A DNA stretch of 64,000 nt, from assembly GCA_050273025.1 (NCBI GenBank), contig CP158636.1, positions 3,472,001 to 3,536,000 on the forward strand, given 5' to 3'. Below the pieces are notes generated by a model. That model searched no databases. It was not told the DNA's origin and saw nothing but the letters and a program-made list of their open reading frames with translations. Source of the stretch: Cenococcum geophilum. Lineage: Eukaryota. The position numbers were made by a program, and so were the translations under genes. The stretch's first letter is position 1. Each line of letters starts with the position of its first letter. Of the stretch, positions 39,001-51,111 are shown piece by piece.

Positions 39001-42000
39001 CGGTTAAATGCAGAGATAATATTAAGCTTTGTATAGTAGCGAGCCTTACTTAGTTAGTTTAGTATCTCCTGTATTAATAGGATCGGATATCGGTTCTTAA
39101 CGGTAACAGTGTTAAGAGCTTAGTAGTTTACGTAGAAGTATAGACCGCCGCTAGGTTTCTTAACGAAGATTACTAGTATAGCTATAGGCAACAAGCTTGC
39201 TTTAATAAATCCTTTGCTTAGGTTTTTATCTAGATACTTCCGTAGTACTTAGAGTTTGTTTTAGGATATCCCGTATAGGGGCCTAAATCTAGGCTGCTTT
39301 TCGTCTTTAAGTACAATCTTATGGTTGTATAATTGGTGTTTTAGTAGCTTATCGGCTTCCTTCCGTAAGAATGCCTCTAGGCGGTTATAGTACTCTACTA
39401 GTACCTTTATAGCAGGGTTAGTATGCTTCTTCGGTGCTAAAGCCTTTTTAATATTAGCTATAGTAACAGCAAAGATCGTATATTTAGGTTTCTTAGCAAG
39501 TTATACTAATAGAGTAGCTCTAATTATATAGATATCTAGGGTGCCGAGCTTGCTTAGATTGTCTATAGTTTCTTATTTAGGTTCGAGTTCGGTATTAGGT
39601 ATAGAGTTAGTATTAGATTTAGGTTTAGGTTCTTTAAGAATCCTTTTTATAGTAGAATACTAGTCCTTCTAGTATTTTCGCATATTAAGCTTAAGCTTCT
39701 ACTTAGCTTAGGGCGGTATAGTGCTTAGTAATAGCTTATGGAGTTTAGTAGAGTTTTCGGATCCTTAGTGGATATCAGTGGAATTCTTATATTAGTAGAA
39801 TTCGGTAGAATTCCTAGGTTGGTAGAATCTGGTAAATTCCTTAGGTATAGGGTAGATAGTCGTAGAAATTTTAAACTGGTAGATCCTAATAGATTTTTTA
39901 GATTTTAGTTCTAGGTCTAAGTAATAAGTAATAAGGCACTTCTACTTATAATAGGAGGCGGTAAATAGAAGCTTAAGGTTATTTTAGTTAATAGTTACCT
40001 TATATAGCTTTATCTAGGGCTATTTAAGAATTACTAGGTGACCTAGGGTAGTAACAAAAAGCTTAATTAGTTCTTTGTGGTTTAGGTATTAGAGTCTTAG
40101 GGCTACTATATAGGTAATATAGCCTAAGACGGTGCGTTTACTATTAAATCTAAATACGTTAATATGCCGGTTAAGGGGGGTTAGGGTAAAACTATTATCT
40201 TATATAAAGACCTTGTTAATAAATCCTATGCCGCTAGCTCCTATATTAATTAGGATTTAAGTATTAGCCTATTAACTATTCTACTAAAGACAATAGTTAA
40301 CGGTTATACTACGATCCTAAGAGTTAGAGTTTGTGACATCTAAAGCATTTAATAAGATCCTAAGGCGGAGCCGTCTTAGAGAGCGACTTAACTCTAGGAT
40401 ATGCCTTTTAGTGGTAAGCAGGAAGGGGTTCCTATAGAACGTTAGTTATAGCTTTACCCTTATAAGTAGTACTTACTAGACACGGGGCTAGAACTAGGTA
40501 AAGATTAGGGGCAGTAACCGGAAGATTAATGCGGTAAATAGTTGCTAGTATTAGCCGTTCGTAAATCGTTTTAGGGCGTAGATAAGGGGACGAGATAATA
40601 TTTCAAGATATAGTCCTTACTTCCGCACTTAAAGTAGAGGCCTAGCTTAATGCGTCTTTCTTATTTAGGGGACTCTAGTAGGGCGTACTCTAGGGATTTA
40701 GTGTTAATATCCATGGCGTCGGGGTGCTTAGGCTAAGATAACTTAGTGGACGTTTATGGGGCTGTTATATTGTATTAAGAAGCGTGTTTTAGTGTTAGGC
40801 GTAGTATATCATTATACCGTTTATTAACGACGTTTACGCAGGCGTTAAGGGCTCCTAGTAGGTCTACGCCTATTAAGGAGGTTTTTAGTTTAGGGCTTAA
40901 AGATTTAATAAGGCTGTTAATTAGTGCGGAGTTATTCTAGCCTATTTCCCTTGCGTAATGGTTAAATTTGGAGAAGTATACTAGGAAATTTTTTGTTCCT
41001 TAAGCTATGTAATTTATCTTTCTCTAAGTAGTAGCTTAGCGGTTTGGGTTACTGTATAAGGCTTTAAGAAATATAACTAGGCTTTATACTAAGGTTGGCT
41101 AAAGAGGTTTAATAAGGTTAGCTGCCTCTCCTCCTAGTTAACTTAGGGCGTAATAGAGTTAGTTAGCTTTGGTTAGGTAACGGTTAGCGTTACCAATTAG
41201 CTTATTTTTAAGCTGGCTTAGGAATAATTAGAGTTTTTATTGTTTACTAGTAAATACTAGGGGATCTAGTAGTTATTTGGATCGTTTTAGTATAGTAGTT
41301 AGTTTAAGGTGGACAGCTGCTATAGGTTTGGGGCTTATATTCCGCGTGTTTATCTCTAAAGATGGTATTCGGTCTTAAGGCTTTAACGTAGGCATTTTAA
41401 GTATGCGGATTTCTTCTTAGAGGTCCTCAATTAATCGCTAGTATTGTGCTTCTTGTTTGGCTTATCGTTAATTTAAAGTAGCTTAGTTTTGTGCGAGAGT
41501 ATCTATAGAAGACTTCTATATTTCTGCTAGTTATTCTTAGAGTGTGGATATAATATTGGTGGCCGTAATAGAGGCTTCGGGGTCGTTCTGCATTTTAGAG
41601 GTGGTATATAAAGTTAACATAACGTAGTGTTACGGAGTAAGTAGAAGCGGCGATAATATATAGCGAGGTAGATATTATTAAGCTATGTATATAAACTGTA
41701 TAAGAAGTTAAGACGTTATATAAGGAAAGAAGGTAAGGAAATGGGAAGAAAGGGTATATATTATTAGCTTAGTTGCTTAGTTAATACGTATACAGAGTAG
41801 AATAGGATTCTAGCAGTAGTCTTGGCAGAACTTAGTAGGATTTAGTAAAACTTGGCGGAATATAGTAGGATTTAGTGAACTTGGCAGAATATAGCAGAAT
41901 ATGGCAGATTGCTGTTAGGTTGCCGCAGATTGCTATTAAATTGCCGTTTTAAGGTCGGTGGAAATAGGTGGACGTATATAAGGTGTTACGGGAGTGTCCT

Positions 42001-42006
42001 ATAACA
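36020..42006 (-). mobile_element. Gypsy G: full-length RIP-inactivated element, same family as J
   Basis: LTRs 36020-36399 and 41628-42006; TSD CTAAT; interior is the reverse complement homologue of J along its length. Confidence 0.95.
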
Positions 42007-43335
42007 CTAATATAGCTGTAATAGGATTCCCGCTATAACTCTATTAGAAGCGTCCGTTTCTAATATTAATTTAAGGTTTAGGTTATAGTAATAAAGGATT
42101 ATAGAAAAGACAAGCCGCTTTTTTAACTCTTTAAAGGCTTTTATATAGTCACTATTAAAGATAAAGGGCGTATCTTTCTGAGTAAGTTATATAAGAGGCT
42201 TAGCTATAACTTTATAGTTATGGATAAACTAGTAGTAGAAGTTATAAAACCTAAGGAAGGACTAGATCCCTTTTATAGTATAAGGGGGTTTCTAGTTACG
42301 GATTGCTTTAACCTTTTTAGGATTAACTTTAATTCTTTTTATAGTAATAATAAACCTAAGGTACTTTATACGTTTTACTCCAAATTTATATTTCTTAATA
42401 TTAACTTATAAGCCTACGTTCCGTAGTCTCTTTAGGACCTTCTTTATATAAACTTTATACTTAAGTTCGTTGTTTAAGTATATAAGGATATTATCTAGGT
42501 ATACTGTGTAGAATTTATTAAAATAGTTAAAAAGGATATCGTTTATATACCTTTAGTATATAACTAGCCCATTTATTAATCTAAAAGGAAGGACTTTATA
42601 TTTATAGGACCTATAATAGGTACGGAATATTATTAAAATTTTAGATATAGGGTCTATCCTAATTTAGTAGAAAGTTTAGCGGATATTAAGTTTAGTAAAG
42701 ATTTTTACCTAGCTTAGACGTATAAGGGTCTCGTTAATTAAAGAAATAGGATACTAATCCTTTTAAGTAATAGCGTTTAGCTTTTAATAGTTAATACAAA
42801 AATAAAGGCCTCTATTAGGCTTTTTTATAAATAGAATAGGGGAAGTAAAAGGGGCTTAGCTTAGCTCGATAAACCCTTTATTAAGGTTCTTAATTAAGTA
42901 CTACTTTATTACTTTTAGCTTATCCGTTAATTATTAGTATAAAGGGCTATATTCTAGCGAGTTATTAGCTTCTAATTAAATCTTATAATTATACGTCTAG
43001 TAGGGAGGTAACTTATCTAAAGCCGCTCTTAAGAATGCATTTTTATATCCCGTATAAATAGTAGGGAGGAGGCGTTTAACTAGTTCCTTATTAGTTTCCT
43101 TAGCTGGCCTTTCTTCCCTCTTATTAATAATCTAGTTAATTTCGTATAAGCTAGTTATAAAAACCTCGTTGTCCCTCCTATATATATTAAAGTAGAATAC
43201 TATAGCGCTGATTGCCGCGATATCTACTATAGGGGGGTTATGTAATAATGGGGGTATATAGGACCTTAAGGGCTTCTGGGGTAAAGGCGTTATTATTACT
43301 CCTTTTAGCTTCTATCGCATCTTTTAGAGGTTATC

Positions 43336-46300
43336 TATAAGCTTTGCAGTGCGAAGAATTAAATAAACGACTTGATTGTAAATGTAGCTCTAGAGGCTCT
43401 ATATATACACAAAGAAGGTAGAAGTAATGGGGTAATAGATAGCTGAAATAGGAACGGTAATCTGCCACCAATATTGATCTACAACCACTATATTGGGTGG
43501 CGTTAACGCCATCTCGGAGCCTTCCAAGCGGTGATCTTATGTCTTAACGCAGTGTCGGTAGTTAGTTACACACCCCCCTAGATTTAACGGTGTAGTTAAA
43601 GCTATAGAACATAAAATAAGGGCAGAAGCTATACCAAAATAGGAAATTTAGATACAATTTAAGAGTAGCAAAGGGTAGGGTAATTAAAATAGTATATTAC
43701 GAATATTGCAAATATTACGGATATCGCGGACATTATAAATGGAGTTAATTGATCTAATGTCAAATATCCACCAAATTTAGTTACTTTATCTATGCCTCAT
43801 ACTTTTAACGGGGTAAGATCTTAGTAAGGCCATCGGTAAGCATCTTGTCTATAGGGACCTATTAGACGTCAATTTTTTTGACTTAGACTTCCTATCTCAG
43901 CCAGTGCTGATAGACGTCAATATATTAAAGCTTGGTGTTAAGCTTTAGTATATCCTATCTTAGGAGTCGTACAGTCTATATATTGTCGCAGAGTACGGTA
44001 AAATCGCGTTCTAAATTAAAGCCTATTGCTTTAAAGAATCGTTACCACTAGATAATTTTAACGGCAGTAGTAGATAGGGAGAGAAGCTCTGCTTTAGTAG
44101 TTAAATAAGTAACTAATCGTTATAAGGTAGCTTTCTAATTAATTAGTCCTCCGAATAGCATAAATAGGTACCCCTAAAAGCTCCATTTAGTCTCCTTATC
44201 GTCTATAAATACTATATTAAATGCTCCGTAAAAGGTAATATCTTCTCCTTTTAGGTTTCTGTAATAGACATATACTCTAAAGGCTTCGCTAGAGTATTTA
44301 ATAGCTATTAATTTTGTTCCAAGGCAGTAGGAAATAGCTTGGTTTACTACATTAAGGTGTTCTTAATTTAGATTAGTAAGAAATTCAGCCAGCTTAGAAT
44401 GCGTCTTAGTAATATTAGGTCTTCTAAATATAGCTAGGTGTGTAAGAGAACCAACCTATTACTAATAGGCTAGTGTTCTTTAAGGGTTCGTCTGCTAGTT
44501 AGACGGAATTAGTTTAGCAGGTAGTAGAGATTTAGGAAATCTTCCTAGTTAAATATTAAATTAATTAGCTATCCTTTTAATATAGGAATCTTAGCAGAGC
44601 CAGAGCTTTTAATTTGGTCAATCTTATTCAATTCAAATTCCTAGAAACCACTATAGGTCTCCTAGTATACAGATCTTGTATTAGTGCAGCAATTTTACTT
44701 TAAATTCTTTAAGTCTTAAAAGGTCCTTTTTAGCAAATAGGACAGCAATATTATCTACATAGAAGAAGACAATAAGTCGTCCGTTAGTAAATAGGTAGTT
44801 AGTACCTAGTACTAGTTCTAATCTAAATTTAGCTAGTATATTAGTAAGCTCTTTATACCAAAGTAGTAATAAGATTTTTAATCTATATAGCGCCATAAGT
44901 AGCTTTAGGACATATCCGTTTTAATTAAATCCTTCTAGGCAGTAGCAGTAGATTAGTTTACTAAGCTTAGCGTTTATAAATGCATTTATAGCGTCATACT
45001 ATTGAATTTCTAGGTCGAATGCGGCTGCTATAGCTATAAGAGCACGGAATATTTAAGCAGCTAGGGTTACTGCATAGGTCTCTTCCTCTATAATCTATAG
45101 GTCTCCGCGGACATATAGTCGAGCTTTAAGCTTTTAAAGATAACCGTTACTGTTAAGCTTATATTTAAAGACCCATTTTAGTAAAAGGATCTGCTCGTTA
45201 CCTACTTCTACTTTTAGTACAGTCTTAAATGTCCCTTAGCGTTTTAGGTTGTTATATTCTTTTTCTATAGCCTTTTAAAAGCTAGTAGTCAAAGGGTACT
45301 TTTTTAGATCTTTAAGATGCTTTAGTTTAGGAGGAAGGTTGTCCTAATATAAAGATAAGGATCTAGTTCGGTCGATGTCCTTTACTAGTCCTATAGCAAA
45401 TCCAGCGTAGTAACCAAATAGGGTAGATAGATTAGTTAGTGCTGCTGTATACGCTTAACATTAAATTCATTTTAATCCTTCTGGTAGGATAAGGTCGGCA
45501 GAAGGTTTAGCTAAGACTTCATTAGCTTATAGAGCTGTATTAATTGCTCTATTAAATAGTTCTAAAGAGCTTAGCTAAATTAGAATTGTTTCAATTATAT
45601 CTAGGATATCGTCTTAAAGTCCTTATAGTAAGGTATTCGATTCTGGTAAATCTAAAGATACCGTTCTGCTAGGTGTTAGTAACTGCTTAGTATCCTTTAT
45701 ACAAAGCTTTGCTAAATCATTTGATTTAAATGTAGTCGTTTAATCTATACCTAAGGTAGATCTTTAAGGGTCCAGATTAACTGTATATAGGATTGATTCA
45801 TCCTTAGATTCGTCCTTATGTAGAGGTTCTAGTAGACTAATCGTCTAAAGGGTGTCTTCTAATGCTTCCCTTAGTAGGTAGTTAATGTTTTAACCCTTGG
45901 GGTTATAGAACGAGGTCTCGTTAAATATAACGTCTTTGGTTTAAATAACCTTACAGAGACTTAGAATCCAAATTCAATAGATATTAGTTAAATTGTAGCT
46001 AACTAGGTGTCTAATTAATACACAAGGAGCTAGTTTATCTCCCCTTTTACTTTATTTGTCTAGTGTATAGGTTTTGCAGCCATATACGTGTATATAGGTA
46101 AGTAACGGTGGCTTACCGTAGGCAATCTTATATAGAGTTTTCCATCCTAGTTACTTATTTAGGGTTTAATTAAGTGCATAGCTAGCAGCAAGAAAAGCCT
46201 CTAGTCCTAAAGATAGGGGTAAGGATACTTCTAGCTACATAGCCCTTAATTAATCCATAAGGGTTCGTCTAGATTATTTAGCTCCGCTATTTTATTCTTC

Positions 46301-48857
46301 TATATACGGGGCTCGGTATTTAAAAGTAATGCCTTTGTCTACGCACTATATATTTAAGGTGTCTCCTATTTATTTAAAAGCTCGTTTATTATCACTCCAG
46401 AAGAAGATTACGTCTTAATAGAATTATATTTTAATTAAACGGTGGGTCTTACGGATAGTAGGTAGGACGGTAGCTTTATCCTTATTTTTAGCGGTAAATA
46501 TAAAATTAAATTTGGAATACGTGTAATAGAAGTATATTACGTATCTATCGCCATTATACCCTAGTTCTCTAAGGGTAATAATATTAAATACTACCCGCTC
46601 AAATGGTTAAGTGGCTGGAAATTTATATTATCGTCTTTAAGAGATCTGCTGCGTATGCTTTGCTAATAAGTAGACTTCACATTCGATTTTAAGCGGTACT
46701 CATTCGTCGATTAGCTCTTTAAGCTCTGCGCTATTAACATGCTTAGGAAGCTGCTTAATAGCGTTAGGTCCTATATGGCCAAGTATTTTATGCCATTTTA
46801 TAGCTATAGCTCTGACTAGTTTACGGGCTATTTTGCTTAGTTAATGTCTTCTTAATAAGAAGGTTGATTGAGTTGTTAAATCTAGGGTATTTATAGGCTC
46901 TTAGTGCATTAGTGCCTAGTAGCCCCCTAGTTGTTTCGTATAGCATACTATTTCGCTAGTAGCTAGACGGTATAGCAAGTTTCATCCTAAGTTAAAATGG
47001 ATATCGTTATCTATAGCCCTTAATAGTGCTACAATATTTATAAATATAGTAGGTACTAATGCTATATAGGATAGCTTCATTTTTAAGCTCCCAGTAGGTA
47101 TATTAATAGTAATCGTTACTATTCCATAAGCCTGTATCTTTTTATAATTTCCACCAGTAATTAGGTAGTCGTCTTCTACAGCTAGGTAGGAGAAGGTAAA
47201 GTCTTCTTAGTTATTATAAATGTGGGTATCTACACCAGGGTTAAGTATCCAGGTGTTCTAGAGTTTAAATTAAGTTTGGCTAGTACTAAACACGGCAGTA
47301 TAACTAGTTGGGGTTTTAGAAGGTAGGGTTTTAGAATTAAAATTAATTATAGATTCTTTCTTCTTTACTTCCTTTTCTCTTTTTAAGATAAGGTTAATAA
47401 TGCGTTTAATCTAAGGCGTAAATAAGATTACTTTTTCTACTTTCTTTTAGATGTCTAGGTTTAGTTTCTATCCTTAAGGGCGCTTCTACTTAACAATATA
47501 GTAACAGCTACTAAATCGATATTTAAAGCCGCATATGCATTCTTTATTCCATTTTAAATCTAAATTAAAATTACTATTAAAATCTAAATTAGAATTAGAA
47601 TTGCCTAGGGTTGTAAAGGCAGAGTTATTAACAGGGGTAGCTAAGGATGCTGCTTACTGCATGCGGTAGTGCTCCTTAAATTCCTTAATAAGATTAATAA
47701 TAGATAGTACAGCTTTATCCTTATGTTCCTTATAGATAAGGTCTACTTTTAGAGCTCCTATAAAGCTAGAAGAGATAGATTTAATAGCTTAAATAAAGTT
47801 ATAGTATGGCCTAAATCCTTATATATCTAGTAGCTTTAATTACTCCGCAAGCTTATAGACATTCCGCTAGTTATTTAACCATTTATTAATGCTCTGCTTT
47901 TTATTATAGACTTTTAAAGCCGTATACTAATTTAGGATATCTTGTTTTTAACCTAAGGTAGTAGGGGCTAGTGCAGTCTTAAGTGCTTAAAGCCATTCGT
48001 ATACCGTATTAAGGTCGTTAATAAGTAGAAGGTAGGCTACCGATGTAGTGCGAATAATATAGTTACTAATATCGTTTATAGCCCGTTTTTGCTTCTTGTA
48101 TATATAAAGATCGTCTTTATATTTAACATAGAGCTGGTTATATGCGGTAAGTTAACTTAGGTCTAGCTTTACTATTAATATAGCCGTAGGTAGTATATCC
48201 CTTAGTGTAGGACGACTTAGTTATACTAGCTTTAGACGCTTGCCTTTTTTAAATAGGTTAATATGCTCCTATACCTCGTTAGTTTTAGCTATGTCTTGGA
48301 TAATAAAGAACCACTATATCCAATTAGAAGGCTAGTTAAGGATTAGGTTAACTTTTAATTTGCTCATAGTTGTCATTTTTAGGATTTAATAGGTTAGGCA
48401 GGGTCTAATTAGCGTCTTGGCAAAACCCTTATTTTAATGTTTTAAACTTTTGATTTAATTCGTTAGTTTGTTTGTTAGTCGGGTACGTACGTTAATAGGG
48501 GTCGATTGTCCGTTCGTTTAATAGGTAAAGAAGCTTAAGACACTGCAAAGGTAGAAGTAATGACTTCTTGAATAAGGTAGTAGATTAATTGGTTAGTAGG
48601 TGGTGCAATCCAGGCTTATAACTGTAAGCTTTGCAGTGCGAAGAATTAAATAAACGACTTAATTGTGAATGTAGCTCTAAAGGCTCTATATATATACAAA
48701 GAAGGTAGAAGTAATGGGGTAATAGATAGCTGAAATGGGAACGGTAATCTGCCACCAATATTGATCTACAACCACTATATTGGGTGGCGTTGACGCTATC
48801 TTGGAGCCTTCTAAGCGGTGATCTTGTGTCTCAACGCAGTGTTGGTAGTCGGTTACA
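43336..48857 (-). mobile_element. Copia H: full-length RIP-inactivated Ty1/Copia element
   Basis: 235-bp LTRs 43336-43570 and 48623-48857; TSD TTATC; PBS GTTATAAGCCTGG on minus; PPT; surviving RT ORF 44681-44896 (ALYRLK..LLWY..FFYVDN). Confidence 0.94.
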
Positions 48858-49446
48858 TTATCTCTTATATTCTATTAGTATATTCTCTTCTATATTAGTT
48901 AAATCTATATAACTTAGATATTATCTATATTACTATCTATTCTACTACTATATATAGAGTCTTTATTAACCGTAGCGCTCTAGGGGAGTATCTTTATTAG
49001 TATAAAAGAGTTCCTTCCGGCCTTATAATAGGTATCTTCTTAAGTAAAGGCTAGGTCGCGGTCTCTAACATCCTACTAATAGGTAGGGTCAGCCCTTACA
49101 GCTAGTGTTTTACGGTTAGTTTAGATTTCCCTAATAAAGGAAGGTAATTTTAGTCTATCCTCTAGCTAGACAAATTGTCTTTATTATATATTTAGCCAAA
49201 TATTAAAATAGGACATCTATTTTCGGCTAAGGATTATATTATAAGACCCTAGGTCTAGGATGCAAAAGGGGATACTATACTAGCGTCGTCCGTTAAAAGC
49301 GATATATAACTTTAGGATATAGGTAGCCGGCTTACTATCCTAACCGTTATATTCTCTTACTTAAATAGGCTTCTCTAGTCTAGTGGCTTTTATATTTAGA
49401 AACTTAGCACCGTTATTTATATAGGTAGTATTTATAAAGGCAAAGC

Positions 49447-51111
49447 TATAAGGCAGTATTGCTAGGGTGTACGGTAGGGAGCAAGCAAGCCGAGCATAAG
49501 TCACATAGGGAGTCGATAGAAGAGGACGATATAGTAATGAGGGTAGGCAATAGCCTAAGTACTGAGACGAACCGATGAGGAGGGAAGGGCTACAAGCCTG
49601 AGGTGCTTATAAGGAGGTGCCAAGGGCTAGCCGAAGGCTAGCCTTAGCGACCCCTAAGAGCCCCTAGGCGATGCAGCCGAGTAAGGGCCAAAATAACCCT
49701 TACATTACCCCCCCCTTAGTTAGGGCTGGCCCCCAGCCCGTATACCCAATAGATTGATTTCTATGTATAGAAAAATGAGCAGCGTCGAAGCTTTGCTTAT
49801 ATAGGGAAGTAGGAAATAGGGAGCCAAGCAGCCTCGATAAAAACCTTAACCTATAACCAAAACCCAGTGGGAAAAAAGGTCTAATTTAGGAAGGAAAAGA
49901 GCGTCTGCTAGTAGGTAAGACTTGATCGTATACGATCAGTCTTGGAGACAATCGCCTATAATTAAGTCTCAACAGCTCTATGGCTGATAGCCAGATAGTC
50001 TCTACTTGGAGCCGGCTTGATCACGTAGGATCTTTAAGCTGCTGCCATTCTCTTGGGTAAGCTATAGCTCTTGATGCAAGCTGGAGCTCTTAGAGCGACT
50101 AAAGCCTTATAGAGAGATCGCGTATGATCTTTAAGCCGTAGCTCTAGGAGACAACCGCCTGCGGTTTAGTCTCGGCAGCCTTTTAGCTGATTGGGCCGTA
50201 GCCCTTAGTTGCATTTAATCTGGAAGAAAGGGTAGTAGCTATAACTTTAAAAACTAGCCGTTAGTTCTTCGGATAGCCATTAAATAGCAATCGGATAGCC
50301 TCTAGGGTAGCTACATCTAGGGTAACTAAGCCTAGAGTATTGCAAGCTAGCGCAAATCGTGTATGATCCCCATCGCATACGACACCCCCTTAACTCCTAC
50401 TAGAAAGCCTTCGGATAGCAATCGAATTACCTTCGGGTCGCCGTTGGGGCAGAGCTGCACCGCTGCACAACTGATCGTATGCAAGTATACCAATCGCCTT
50501 TGGAGATAATCGCGTACGATCTGAATAGCCCTGACCTTTGGCCAGGTAGCTACCGTCTTCCTTGTCTCCTAATCCGTATCTATCCAACCGTAATATGCGG
50601 ATGCGATCTGCCAGACGTCTTGCTGGTGTAGCTGCTCTGCAGCATACGCGATCGTCCTAGGAAGGTAGAGGACCTGATCCGTATTCCAACACCGTTATGC
50701 GGATGCAATCTGCCAGGCGTCTGCTGGTGTACCTGCTGTGTCGCAGTGAACGTGATCGTCCTAGGTAAAAATGGAGGATCGTGAAATTGCTCGAGGGCGA
50801 AGCCCTCGGCTTGCTGCGGGCTACCACCCGGAAGGGTGTAGGATCGGTTCGAATGTGAGGCAGTATTGCCAGGGTGTACGGTAGGGAGCAGGCAAGCCAA
50901 GCATGAGTCACATAGGGAGTCGATGGAAGAGGACGATATGGTAATAAGGGTAGGCAATAGCCTGAGTACTGAGACGAACCGATGAGGAGGGAAGGGCTGC
51001 AAGCCCGAGGTGCTTATAAGGAGGTGCCAAGGGCTAGCCGAAGGCTAGCCTTGGCGACCCCTGAGAGCCCCTAGGCGATGCAGCCGAGTAAGGGCCAAAA
51101 TAACCCTTACA
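49447..51111 (-). mobile_element. I: 1665-bp non-autonomous LTR element (TRIM/LARD-like)
   Basis: 258-bp LTRs 49447-49704 and 50854-51111; TSD AAAGC; PPT at 49708-49718; interior has repeated GATCGCGTAYGATC palindromes and ~125-bp duplications, with no pol motifs. Confidence 0.9.

Noticed and set aside
50390..51002. GC-rich ORFs 50390-50587, 50580-51002 and 50657-50911 as genes
   Set aside because: They overlap the LTR and internal repeats of element I and show no recognisable domain.
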